From Octopus vulgaris (taxonomy: Eukaryota): a stretch of 64,000 nucleotides of DNA. The notes beneath the pieces are model-generated. The model saw nothing but the letters and a program-made list of their open reading frames with translations, ran no database searches and had not been told where the DNA came from. Position numbers and translations under genes: made by a program. Positions 15,800 through 30,535 of the stretch are shown here, in pieces. Location: assembly GCA_951406725.2 (NCBI GenBank), contig OX597840.1, positions 31,558,001 through 31,622,000 on the forward strand, read 5' to 3'. The number at the start of each line of letters is the position of its first letter. Within the stretch, counting starts at the first letter, position 1.

Positions 15800-17490
15800 C
15801 CCCCGTCCAGGATGTACAGACCCTCCACCATCACTCCCGTCGCCAACTACAACGACAACAGCAAAAGCGACACCACTACAATGTTTATATACAACACCCA
15901 AACATCAATAGCACCACTACCACTTTCACCACAAACAGTACTACCTCCAACACAACCACTACCACCATCCGTTACCAACACCAACACCATCCACTACCAC
16001 CACAACTATCATCATTTTCCACCACCACCTTTATTCCTGCCGTCATCACAATCACCTCCCTCACCATCACCACTGCTACCACCGCTACCACCGCTACCAC
16101 TGCCACTACTATCATCACTACCACTACCAACACCAACCACCTTTACGAACACCACTACCACCACCACCACCACCAATACCATCTCCATCAACCACCACCA
16201 CTACCACTGTCATCAACACCACCAACACCAACATCACCACCACCTTCTCCACAGCCACCACCACCACCACCACTACCACCATCTCCATCACCACCCATCA
16301 CCACCTTTACCACCACGACCACCACCACCAATACCATCTCCATCACCACCTTTACCATCAACACCACCACCACTACCACTGTCATCAACACCACCAACAC
16401 CAACACCAACACCACCATCACCTTCTCCACAGCCACCACCACCACCACCACCAACACTACGACCATCAACATCAGCACAAACACCATTAGCAATTCATAC
16501 CATCACCGCAACCGCCGCCACCACCACCAACAGCAGCAGCGCTAACGTCATCACCTCGACCGCCACCACCAACAACAATAACAATAGCAATACCAAAACC
16601 GACCACCACCACCACCACAACCAGCACCACCCACAACAACAACAATACTACAGCCACGACGAACCACCACTATCAGCCACCACCACCACCATCAGCACAT
16701 GCAACAATTCCAGCGGCAGCAGCAACAACAACAACGGCAGCACCGATACCACCAGCACCACCACCACCACCACCAGCGCCGTTTCCATCTTCAGCACCGT
16801 CACCGCCACCCCCACCACCACCGCCAGCAACCCTGCCTTCACCATCAGCACCAGCATCGCTGTCCCCCACCAGTGCTATCACCGCCACCCTCACCGGCAA
16901 CAGCGCCAGCACCGCCGTCACCACCACCACCACCACCACCACCACCATCACCACCACCACCACCATCACCACCACCACCACCATCACCACTGCCAACAGC
17001 ATCAGCGTCAGCACCGGCACCGCCAATACAACCACCACCACCGCCGACTCCACCAGCACCAACAACATCCCTGACTCCACCACCACCATCACCACCACCA
17101 CCACCATCAGCGTCAGCACCAGCACCGCCAATACCACCAGCAACGCCGACACCACCAGCAACGCCGACACCACCAGCAACGCCGACACCACCAGCAACGC
17201 CGACACCACCGGCACCCAACAACATCCCTGACTCCACCACCACCACCACCACCACCACCATCACGGCCGCCACCAACACCTACACAATGAGCATCGCAAC
17301 CATCGGCAACATCGGCGCTGTCAGCACCAGTACCACCACCACCACCACCACCACCACCACCGCCGCCACCAACACCTACACCATGAGCATCACAACCATC
17401 GGCAACATCGGCGCTGTCAGCACCAGTACCAGCACCAGCACCGCCGCCGCCACCACCAGCAGAAGCGCCAGCAACGCCGCCGCCAGTCAT
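15800..17490. repeat. (ACC/CAC)n-based low-complexity region with 18-bp and ~90-bp internal tandem repeats
   Basis: Seen directly; ACCACCAGCAACGCCGAC repeated about 4 times near 17133-17210. Confidence 0.9.
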
Positions 17491-18068
17491 CCCCTACTCT
17501 CCCCTCCGACGGTTCCACGCAACCCATCAAAGGTTTATTTACATAGCGATGTTTTTACAGCTAGTTTCTTGTGTGATGTTACGTTAAGTGGGAGGGACTC
17601 GCGCAGTCGCACAGAACTGCGCTCTCGCTGTGCTGGCTGTTAGATGAATGGCGGAGCGGGGTGTGGGTGGACGGGTGTGGGTAGCGAGGCGGTGGGGTCG
17701 GGGACTGGCCTAGCCTGGGGGGACACCCGGGGCGGTGAGTGGCTGGCTGTACGTATGTGTGTGTGTGTTGTGTGTGTGTGTGTATATGTGTTTGGGTTGG
17801 AGAATGATGAAACGGATGGGTGGGGGTGGAAGTCGGGTGGTATCGGTGTTGAGAATGTATGTGTATGTGGGTGGGTGGGGTGGAGGGTGAGGGGGTTGGA
17901 AGTCGGGGTGGGGAAATACCGTTGAGTGCCGTGTGGCGTCGATAACAGCAGAGGCAGCTCCACCTTCTCATCTCATGCGTGTGAGTGAATGGTGTGTGCG
18001 CATGTGTGTGTGCATGTATGTGTGGGTGGGTATGTTTGTATATACATATGTATATATATATATATATT

Positions 18069-18404
18069 CTTACTCTTTACTCTTTTACTTGTTTCAGTCA
18101 TTTGACAGCGGCCTTGCTGGAGCACCGTCTTCAATCGAGTGACTCAACCCCAGTACTTACCCCGCTAAATGACGGGGACATAAACACACCAGCATAGGTT
18201 GTCAAGCAATGCTAGGGGGACAAACACAGAAACACAAACACACGCACGCACACATATGTATATATATATACATATATACGACGGGCTTCTTTCAGTTTCC
18301 GTCAACCAAATCCACTCCAAGGCTTTGGTCGGCCCGAGGCTATGGACTGAACCCGGAACAATGTGGTTGGTAAGCAAGCTACTTACCACACAGCCACTCC
18401 TGCA
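18069..18404 (-). mobile_element. SINE family B with internal deletions
   Basis: Sequence match to family B. Confidence 0.85.
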
Positions 18405-18638
18405 TATATATATATATATACACACACACAAACACAGACACAGGCACACAGACATGCACACATACACGCACATATATATATCTTTTATCGTTTACTTGTT
18501 TCAGTCATTTAGGTGCGGTCAAGCTGGGGCACCGCCTTAAAGCATTTTAACTCACACTAATCGACCAGAATGTGGATTTTTTTAAAGCCTGGTACTTATT
18601 CTATTGGGTCCTTACAGCCGAACTGTACATATTGTACC

Positions 18639-19024
18639 GTGGAGGCGCAATGGCCCAGTGGTTAGGGCAGCGGACTCGCGGTCGTAGGATCGCGGTTTCG
18701 ATTCCCAGACCGGGCGTTGTGAGTGTTTATTGAGCGAAAACACCTAAAGCACCACGAGGCTCCTGCAGGGGATGGTGGTGATCCCTGCTGTACTCTTTCA
18801 CCACAACATTCTCTCGCTCTTTCTTCCTCTTTCTGTTGTACCTGTATTTCAAAGGGCTGGCCTTGTCACTCTCTGTGTCAGGCTAAATATCCCTGAGAAC
18901 TACGTTAAGGGTACACGTGTCTGTGGAGTGCTCAGCCACTCACATGTTAATTTCACGAGCAGGCTGTTCCGTTGATTCGGATCAACCGGAACCCTCGTCG
19001 TCGTAACCGACGGAGTGCTTCCAT
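18639..19024 (+). mobile_element. SINE family A, full length
   Basis: 10-bp TSD ATATTGTACC (18629-18638, 19025-19034). Confidence 0.95.
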
Positions 19025-19111
19025 ATATTGTACCAAGGATAATAAGACAAAAACTGGTGAGACGGTTACTGGCATGAAAAGAGGGTGTTTGGGACAGAAC
19101 TGGTTAGCGTT

Positions 19112-19350
19112 CCAGTCCAGTTTGCTGGACATTGTTGTAGAGCTGAAAACGAGGCAATTTCTACTCTTTTCCTCTGGAAGCCATCTACTCGCAATACAAG
19201 AGGGCGCACACTCTCCTACCCTGATGTAATCTCCAGGGATACAGGCATCAAGCAACAGGACCTCCGTCATGCTATGATGGACCGTGAAGTCTGGCGAAGC
19301 GTGGTAAATTCCATTGTCTCGACCACGGTCGAACAATGATTATGATGATG
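19112..19350 (+). mobile_element. RTE-like LINE 3' fragment
   Basis: Closely matches 3386-3618; GAT-repeat tail. A 3' tip of the same family is at ~12868-12910. Confidence 0.88.
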
Positions 19351-19394
19351 TGAGGAAGGGATCCAACAAGCAATCTACAAGAATGACTCCATGT

Positions 19395-19775
19395 GGAATG
19401 GAAGCACTCCGTCGGTTACGACGATGAGGGTTCTGGTTGATCCGAATCAACGGAACAGCCTGCTCGTGAAATTAACGTGTAAGTGGCTGAGCACTCCACA
19501 CACACGTGCACCCTTAACGTAGTTCTCGGGGATATTCAGCGTGACACAGAGAGTGACAAGGCCGGCCCCTTGAAATACACGTACAACAGAAACAGGAAGT
19601 AAGAGTGAGAGAAAGTTGTGGTGAAAGAGTACAGCAGGGATCACCACCATCCCCTGCCGGAGCCTCGTGGTGCTTTAGGTGTTTTCGCTCAATAAACACT
19701 CACAACGCCCGGTCTGGGAATCGAAACCGCGATCCTCCGACCGCGAGTCCGCTGCCCTAACCACTGGGCCATTGC
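19395..19775 (-). mobile_element. SINE family A, full length
   Basis: 10-bp TSD GACTCCATGT (19385-19394, 19776-19785). Confidence 0.93.
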
Positions 19776-20071
19776 GACTCCATGTACATAGACTCCAGAT
19801 GCATAAATAACAAGAGTCCGAGAGTCCGAGCATAGCGGAGGAGAAAAGAGTGAGCTTTCTAATCGCACTCACCGAAGATGATCCCAACTAAAAAAAAAGC
19901 TAGAATATTATGTCTTGGGCAAATATCTGATCCTTAGTTCCTTTGCATGTGACCCACACGACATATTTTCCTGGGGTTCATGCACCGTAGGGGATACACA
20001 TTCCCAATTTTTTACAGCCACAAGAATAACTTGGGAATTGTAAAAGGAAAGTTTTATATTATTCAGAACGT

Positions 20072-20246
20072 ATAAGGCGTAGGAGTGGCTGTGTGGTAAG
20101 TAGCTTGCTTACCAACCACATGGTTCCGGGTTCAGTCCCACTGCATGGCACCTTGGGCAAGTGTCTTCTACTATAGCCTCGTGCCGACCAAAGCCTTGTG
20201 AGTGGATTTGGTAAACGGAAACTGAAAGAAGCCCATCGTATGTATG

Positions 20247-20299
<53 letters not shown>

Positions 20300-20513
20300 G
20301 GGGGGGGGGGGTCTGTGTGTCTGTGTTTTTCCCTCTAACATCGCTTGACAACCGATGCTGGTGTGTTGAAGTCCCCGTAACTTAGCAGCTCAGCAAATGA
20401 GACCGATAGAATAAGTACTAGGCTTACAAAGAATAAGTCCTAAGGTCGATTTGCTCGACTAAAGGCAGTGCTCCATAATGGCCGCAGTCAAATGACTGAA
20501 ACAAGTAAAAGAA
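20072..20513 (+). mobile_element. SINE family B, full length
   Basis: Sequence match to family B. Confidence 0.9.
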
Positions 20514-20769
20514 TATCGTATGGAATAAAGGTTCATTGAATATCAGAAAAAAAAAGCAAAGGCGTTTAGGACAAACTTATAAAAATGCCGTGTTCAGGCA
20601 GAAGGTTGAAATCCATTATGTCAGAATGAAATTCGTGAAGCAAGAAGGATATTTCATAGTGCATGCGGACTCTCGGTGATGTGGGCTCCCGGTGATGCTG
20701 GCTCCCGGTCAGGAGTAAACTCACAGAGCCCAGTTCCTGAAAGCATCAGTCCCAGGAACCCAGCAGATT

Positions 20770-21055
20770 AGTTCAACAGTGGCTGATTAAATATTCCTAC
20801 ATCTCCCCAAAAGGGATCCCCCATCAGGGGTCACCCCGCAAAGCACTATCCCTGCAAACTCCACAGCTCAACAGCGGCTGATTAAATTTACCTACTTCTC
20901 CCCAAAAGGGATCCCCCATCAGGGGTCACCCCGCAAAGCACAATCCCTGCAAACTCCACAGCTCAACAGCGGCTGATTAAATTTACCTAATCTTCCAAAT
21001 AGGAATCCCTATCAGGGGCTACCTCACAGAGACCAGTCCCTGTAAATACCAGCCT
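20770..21055. repeat. 95-bp minisatellite, 3 units
   Basis: AG(C/T)TCAACAG(C/T)GGCTGATTAAAT recurs at 20770, 20865 and 20960. Confidence 0.9.
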
Positions 21056-21858
21056 CCGAACATCGGAAGATTATCTTGATCGCAGCAGATTAAAAATACA
21101 GCCCGCCCTAAGTCTGCAATAAGAATTAACGACTGCACATTGATATGAGGTGGGTTGCAGAGGTTTTGCAGAGGTTTTGCAGCATGCTCTCGCTAAAAAA
21201 GTTCTAAACCGATTGCGTTTTACAGAAGAGAAATATTCTGTTTCCGAGTGAAGTTTCAGCAAAAGCTATCTGGTACCGTTCCATTAAAAGGTTAGAATGG
21301 AGTCACTTGTTCTAAAAACCCAACGCTAAGACTTCGAAAAGCAACCAGTACTTAATTAACGTGACCCTGTGTATTTCGAAACTTGGATATTTTCTGCGGC
21401 CCTTAGGATTGATCAGCCACTTGCACATTAATTTCACTAGGTGTAAGTTCCGTTGGTTGGTTCAACTGGAACCCTCGTCGACGTAACAGAAGAAAGCGCC
21501 AGTCAAAAAGAAAAGGAGCTGTTTGAATTCCTTTGGCTCAACAGAACGCTTTGTGGGATTATGGGTTGCCATTGGTCAGAGTTCGTATTCAGCCAACGAC
21601 TGTACTCAGAAAATGAGATGCGTCCTGTTACTTGTATGATTCGGGAACTTGATTTTATTCTCACGCGCCTCCACGTTTCATTCGATGTCCTAACGGCCGT
21701 GCCAATTTACCCTGTGTTCTCTTCTCTGAGGATTCCGGCTGGGGCGATGACACGTGTTGGCCGGCCGCATTTCACAGCAGATCAGAAGTACCCCACGGAA
21801 ATGGGGACTAAGTGGGACACTGCTCGGAGGATTGCCTGGAACGACCCTAGCAAATACC

Positions 21859-22087
21859 TATTTCTTTATTACCCACAAGGGGCTGAACATAGAGGGGACA
21901 AACATGGACAGACATAGGTATTAAGTCAATTATATCGACCCCAGTGCTTAACTGGTACTTAATTTATCGACCCCGAAAGGATGAAAGGCAAAGTCGACCT
22001 CGGCGGAATTTGAACTCACAACGTAACGTCAGACGAAATACCGTTAAGCATTTCGCCCGACGTGCTAACGATTCTGCTAGCTCGCCG
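21859..22087 (-). mobile_element. SINE family C
   Basis: 13-bp TSD CCTAGCAAATACC (21846-21858, 22088-22100). Confidence 0.9.
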
Positions 22088-22277
22088 CCTAGCAAATACC
22101 GTCAAATGGGGAGGCATTGACACGCCGTGACGGCGCATGCTCCCAGACCTGACCCTATATGGTCAGGTCTGAGAAAATACTCCTCAAGGGAAGGCTGCTG
22201 GGAGCTATTGTTCTTTACCAACAGGGAAGGTGATTAACGGTACAATATTTACACTACATTGGTAGAACTAGCGATAG

Positions 22278-24142
<1,865 letters not shown>

Positions 24143-24986
24143 CCCCACCACTACCACCACCACCACTACTACTACTACCACTACCACAGTCATCATCAGC
24201 ATCCTCATCACCATCATCATCCACTTCTTCCACTTCTGCCACTTCCTCCTCCTCATCGTCGTTGTCCTTGTTATCATTATTATTGTTGTTGTTATTGCTG
24301 TTATAATAATAATAATAATAATAATAATAGTAGTAGTAGTAGTAGTACTAGTAGTAATAATAATAATAATAATAGTTATTATTATTATTATTATTACTAC
24401 CACTACTACTACTACTACTAATAATAATAATAATAACAATAACAATAGTTATTATTATTATTACTACTACTACTACTACTACGACTAATACTACTACTAC
24501 TACTACTACTATCTTCGTTGTTATTATTTCAATCCCTCGCCTATCCTTGCCAAATTTTCGCTATAGACCACTAGACATTTATGTCGCACCATCTCCTCCA
24601 TATACTTCCGGTTGCTCCTTAAAGTTCATTGCTCTCCTAAATTGTTCCACACCCTATTTATTCTGCAATTCTGATTGTCACCACATCCGGTTTCCCCCTG
24701 CCTCCTCCAAATATTTTTTGTGTACGTTTGCGTTATTCTGACTACAGGGTTATTCCAGAAGCAGAGACCCTCGTTGTTCTCAGAAAAAGTTTCTCTCAAT
24801 AAACTCTGCATGTTACTGGAAGACCACGGAAGCAAGTGGAGAAATTTAAATATCTGAGAGCTGTATTCACAAATGATAGGAAACGGGAGACTGAAACGTG
24901 TAAGCGCTGGAATTGCAAGTGCCGATACTGTAATGACTTAGCAGTAATATTGGATTCCCGGCAGAGGAGAGGTTACTGAAAGAACC

Positions 24987-25380
24987 GTGGAGGCGCAATG
25001 GCCCAGTGGTTAGGGCATCGGACTCGCGGTCGTAGGATCGCGGTTTCGATTCCCAGACCGGGTGATGTGTGTGTTTATTGAGCGAAAACACCTAAAGCTC
25101 CACGAGGCTCTGGCAGGGGATGGTGGTGATCCCTGCTGTACTCTTTCACCACAACTTTCTCTCACTCTTTCTTCCTGTTTCTGTTGTACCTGTATTTCAA
25201 AGGGCCGGCCTTGTCACTCTCTGTGTCACGCTGAATATCCCCGAGAACTACGTTAAGGGTACACGTGTCTGTGGAGTGCTCAGCCACTTACACGTTAATT
25301 TCATGAGCAGGCTGTTCCGTTGATTCGGATCAACCGGAACCCTCGTCGTCGTAACCGACGGAGTGCTTCCTAAAAAAAAT
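24987..25380 (+). mobile_element. SINE family A, full length
   Basis: Near-perfect TSD CT(G/A)AAAGAACC (24976-24986, 25381-25391). Confidence 0.92.
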
Positions 25381-25434
25381 CTAAAAGAACCAAAACTTGC
25401 TGACATGAATTAGGTCTCATGCCTTTCCACACCT

Positions 25435-25690
25435 GTGGAAGCGCGTGGTTTATTTGGTTAAGGTGTTCCCTTCATGATCATAAGTTTGTGGTGTTGATTC
25501 CTGGTCTGGTTGACACGTTATGTTCTTGAGCAAAACACTTCATTTCACATTGCTCTTGTCTATCTATCTATTCAGCTGGCAAAGATGAGTAAGCCAGCGA
25601 TGGACTAGCGTCCTATCCAGGTGGGGAGTTTATACGTCATGAAACCGAGAAACCGGTGCTTTATGAGTCGATAAGATTCGAGAGGGTAAC
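25435..25690 (+). mobile_element. Old tRNA-headed SINE with V-SINE-like core
   Basis: Degenerate tRNA head, TTCTTGAGCAAAACACTT and GCGATGGACTAGCGTCCTATCCAGG. Confidence 0.55.
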
Positions 25691-26185
25691 ATTTTTTGTT
25701 TACCTTTCCTCATCTGTGAACATGAATGGTTCGCGAACATGTATGGAACGGACCTTTCTTTAACAACGAAAAAACAGAATATAAGACAAACTATACAAGG
25801 AAAAAGTCCCTTCATCAGCTGTCCCTAGTTCAACTCCAGCGTGTTTCGAACCAAAGGACGATCGCGAACCAAGTAACCGGAATGGGGTTTCTCGGGATGT
25901 TCCCTCGGGTAAGGTTATCCAGTACGATGCGAAGCTCGGAGATCAGGGCTTCTCGCCAGTTCCAGCATTTGTAAATTCGCGAGTGATAGAGTGTGCGAAG
26001 TTGCATGAATAGATATACAGGTAACCAATTCATACGTGCACATATCTCCAAATGCGTGTGTTTCATTACATTTCACGCATGTATGAACATGTGTATACCA
26101 TTTCAATTTCCACTCTTGACTGAATGCATAAGTTCATTCCAGGAAACTCAGAGCGAGATAACTGCAATGTTTTAGAAATCAACAC

Positions 26186-28135
26186 TGTGGAGTGCTCAGC
26201 CACTTACACGTTAATTTCACGAGCAGGCTGTTCCGTTGATCCGGATCAACCGGAACCCTCATCGTCGTGACCGACGGAGTTCTTCCATCCATACCGGCAA
26301 AAGGTCTTTCTATGTTCGAGTATATGAATCCAAATGCTCAACGCTTTTCCAAGATTTTGGGGACTTGTCACATAGCTTTTGCTCCTAATAATGTAATCCT
26401 TGAGGAAATAAGAAGATCGTTCAAGGAACTCTCAACCGGTTTCTTTTAAGCGCATCAACAATACGAACAGCCAAAGTCAGCTGTTGATGTTGACGATCCA
26501 CAGCCATCTACATCCCTGATGTGAACCACCAAATTATATATATGTATTGGTAAATTTAAAACAATTTAGTTTTTTTTTTACTATTGCAAAATAATAATAA
26601 TTACTGAATTTGTTTTTTAAGCTGAAAAATGGCTTTTATTTTACGATATCCTATTGCAGACCGCATTCATAAATAAAGTGTCCGCGATGTATGGTAAACA
26701 AAGCCAAACTGTATTCGTAAATTTAGATTACATTTTGTTTGTAAGCTTAAAATAAGTTTTTATTAAGCATGTATTATTGAAAATGCATTTATAAATATAA
26801 TACAGAACAGAGAATGGTTATTATCGGTTTAGCCTAGAGACCAGTAAATTCCACTTAAGTCTTCACCGACGTAGGGTGAGGTATGCCTGCATATACGTCA
26901 ATACATCCGTATGCGTGGACTGTTCTAATTTTTATTATTTGAAGTGTGGAGGCGCAATGGCCCAGTGGTTAGGGCAGCGGACTCGCGGTCATAGGATCGC
27001 GGTTTCGATTCCCAGACCGGGCGTTGTGAGTGTTTACTGAGCGAAATCACCTAAAAGCTCCACAAGGCTCCGTCAGGGGATGGTGGTGATCCCTGCTGTA
27101 CTCTTTCACCATAACTTTCTCTCACTCTTACTTCCTGTTTCTGTTGTACCTGTATTTCAAAGGGCCGGCCTTGTCACTCTCTGTGTCACGCTGAATATCC
27201 CCGAGAACTACGTTAAGGGTGCAAGTGTCTGTGGAGTGCTCAGCCACTTACACGTTAATTTCACGAGCAGGCTGTTCCGTTGATTCGGATCAACTGGAAC
27301 CCTCATCGTCGTAACCGACGGAGTGCTTCCATCCATACCGGCGAAAGGTCTTTCTATGTTTGAGTATATGAATCCAAAAGCTCAACTCTTTTCCAAGATT
27401 TTGGGGACTTGTCACATAGCTTTTGCTCCTAATAATGTAATCCTTGAGGGAAAAAGAAAATAGTTCAAGGAACTCTCAACCGGTTTCTTTTAAGCGCATC
27501 AACAATAAGAACGGCCAAAGTCAGCTGTTGATGTTGACGATCCACAGCCATCTACATCCCTGATGTGAACCACTAAATTTTATATATGTATTGGTAAATT
27601 TAAAACAATTTAGTTTTTTTTTACTATTGCAAAATAATAATAATTACTGAATTTGTTTTTTAAGCTGAAAAATGGCCTTTATTTTACGATATCCTATTGC
27701 AGACCGCATTCATAAATAAAGTGTCCGCGATGTATGGTAAACAAAGCCAAACTGTATTCGTAAATTTAGATTACATTTTGTTTGTAAGCTTAAAATAAGA
27801 TTTTATTAAGCATGTATTCTTGAAAATGCATTTATAAATATAATACAGAACAGAGAATGGTTATTATCGGTTTAGCCTAGAGACCAGTAAATTCCACTTA
27901 AGTCTTCACCGACGTAGGGTGAGGTATGCCTGCATATACGTTGATACATCCGAATGCGTGGACTGTTCTAATTTTTATTATTTGAAGTGTGGAGGCGCAA
28001 TGGCCCAGTGGTTAGGGCAGCGGACTCGCGGTTTCGATTCCCAGACCGGGCGTTGTGAGTGTTTATTGAGCGAAAACACCTAAAAGCTCCACGAAGGCTC
28101 CGGCAGGGGATGGTGGTGATCCCGGCTGTACTCTT
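26186..28135. repeat. ~1043-bp tandem duplication bounded by SINE A copies
   Basis: 26291-26945 matches 27335-27988; full SINE A in the middle (26946-27334). Confidence 0.93.
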
Positions 28136-28336
28136 ACCTTCGCTTGACAACCAATGTTGGTATCACTACGTACCCGTAACTTAGCGGTTCAGCCAGAGAG
28201 GCCGATAGAATAAGTACTAGGCTTACAAAGACTAAGTCATTGGGTCGATTTGTTCGACTAAAGGTGGTGCTCCAGCATGGCTGCAGTAAAATAACTGAAA
28301 CAAGTAAATGAATAAAGAATATATATACATACACAC

Positions 28337-28414
<78 letters not shown>

Positions 28415-28778
28415 GAAAGATGGTTTGAAAATGCAAAGGTCTTTTAGAAATGTTTATTGACTTGACCGGTTTCACGTTTTTAGAAAAAGATTATTAAAAG
28501 TAAAACATAAAGCTTTGTATAAGTTTTGTTGTGTTAAACAATGGTTAACACAAAAGTATTAAAATACAGTTATACAGTCTTTGAAAATGATCAGAAATGT
28601 TAAGAACAGTTTAAAAGAAAGTACTCAAGAAAAGGAATACAATAAGTATTTTGAGTTCAATAAAAATCATGTTTGTTTGGTAGTATATACATAGAGATGG
28701 GGATATATTTAAGAATTTACAAAATATTGGAGAGGAATAACTGACCTGTCTGTCTGACATTTTTGCCCTGTGTGTGTG

Positions 28779-28879
<101 letters not shown>

Positions 28880-28932
28880 GTTTAAATATTTGTTGTGCAA
28901 GATTTTTTATGTGAAGTCGTGTGTTGAAACAG

Positions 28933-29158
28933 ATATCGTTATATTTCGGAATGGTCATATTGCCAGTTTAGCCAATAAAAACACACGCACTATATATTTG
29001 GTGTTATTTTGCTTCAGTGATATTTATTTATTTATTATTTTTTTTTTAAGATTAATGTAAAAAATAAATATCACTGAAGCAAAATAACACCAAATATATA
29101 GTGCGTGTGTTTTTATTGGCTAAACTGGCAATATGACCATTCCGAAATATAACGATAT
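28933..29158. repeat. Perfect ~97-bp inverted repeat (inverted PLE-like repeat); duplicate at 37911-38135
   Basis: Arms 28933-29029 and 29062-29158. Confidence 0.93.
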
Positions 29159-29478
29159 ATATATATATATATTAACTGTTTTTGAATAAATTTATTTACA
29201 TACATACCAAATTAGTTTCAGCAATTTCTTTTGTTCGTCAATGGTAAAAATTTAAAATTATGAATTAGAAAAACATGTTTAAAAGTTTCAATGTTTACAA
29301 GTTTCAATAAAATCAAATTGAATGCCATCAAAGTACACTGCAGAGAGTGGAATTAAAAACCGCCAGCTTAACCACTAATCTTACTGAAAATATATAACGG
29401 AACAATAGAAATCGGGCAAACGAGTGGGATTTGACGTATTCTGTCAGCTAAAAAGGTGTAGAATAATGTAACAGATAT

Positions 29479-29512
29479 ACCTAGATCATGATTTCAATGC
29501 TCCTCAGCAGGT
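29479..29512 (-). ncRNA. Minimal hammerhead motif, stem II reduced to 5 nt
   Basis: ACCUG CUGAGGA GCAUU GAAA UCAUGA UC^ UAGGU. Confidence 0.65.
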
Positions 29513-29649
29513 CACGCTGTACCAAAAATGAAAAATCCACATATATATATTAAACTTGAAAGTGAAACTTCTGGAAAGTTTTATCTATGTATGTATGTAT
29601 GTATGTATGTATGTATGTATGTATGTATGTATGTATGTATGTATGTATG

Positions 29650-29714
<65 letters not shown>

Positions 29715-29810
29715 CGGGAAGCTTTATGAAAATAAACAAAAGACGAAGGCAGGTGGAGTACAAACAAACAATTGTATGAGTATGGCGCTCAGGAATATAA
29801 ATAAAACAAG

Positions 29811-29848
29811 TCTTTTACGTTTCGAGCCTACGCTCTTCGACAGAAAGA
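29811..29848 (-). ncRNA. Variant minimal hammerhead motif (core CUGUCGAA) in PLE-like remnant ~29712-30000
   Basis: UCUUU CUGUCGAA GAGC GUAG GCUC GAAA CG UA^ AAAGA. Confidence 0.6.
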
Positions 29849-30463
29849 TACACAGAAAAGAAACACGGAGAGAAACAAGGAGAGAAAAAAAATGCGTGCA
29901 GAAGCTAGCGATTCAACATGACGATCTGATTCCGGCCAGAAGTCAGAGATCAAACGTGAGACGCAAGAGCGAAAATAGGGGAGATAACAGGGTCAAATGA
30001 CTTCGCCCCAACATAAGGTTGCGTGTGTGTGTGTGAGAGTATGTAGTGCGTATGAAAGGTCTCTCTCTATATATATATGTATACATACATACATACATAC
30101 GTACGTACGTACATACATACATACATACATATATACATACATACATACATACATACACACATGGGAAGCAGTTGCCAGCAACCGCGGAGATTGGCGACGT
30201 ACCGTAAAAGAGTGAACACAAAGGAGTGACAGAGAGAGAGAGGAGAAATAGAAAGACAAGAAAAGACATCAACAAGAAACTATGACATTACAACCAGCCA
30301 GGCAAAGTCTTCCCTACATTTGCGGCACCTGGCAGAAGGATTGTTTGTCCAGGATAGGACTACACAGCCACAGCGGGAGATGTATTATGACATGAAATGT
30401 AAAAGCCGGACTAAATTATTTTAAGCGCAACTTCATTGTCTCCCGAGACAAAAAGGATGCCAA

Positions 30464-30535
<72 letters not shown>

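Noticed and set aside
15812-17643. Long Pro/Thr/His-rich ORFs (420 aa and 314 aa) resembling extensin or mucin
   Set aside because: Several frames on both strands are open because ACC/CAC repeats lack stops; no domain, signal peptide or splice support.
18639-18720. tRNA genes at SINE heads
   Set aside because: A/B boxes are present, but I could not fold a proper acceptor stem and each head runs into a SINE body with a TSD.
21453-21917. 154-aa ORF with complex sequence
   Set aside because: TTG start, begins in a SINE A remnant and ends in SINE C; no recognisable domain.
25800-25870. CUGAUGAAGGG motif after a hairpin (minus strand; similar at 63560 plus, and related ones at ~30620, ~48250 and ~49130)
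   Set aside because: No correctly placed GAAA, stem III and stem I combination; a complete hammerhead could not be built.
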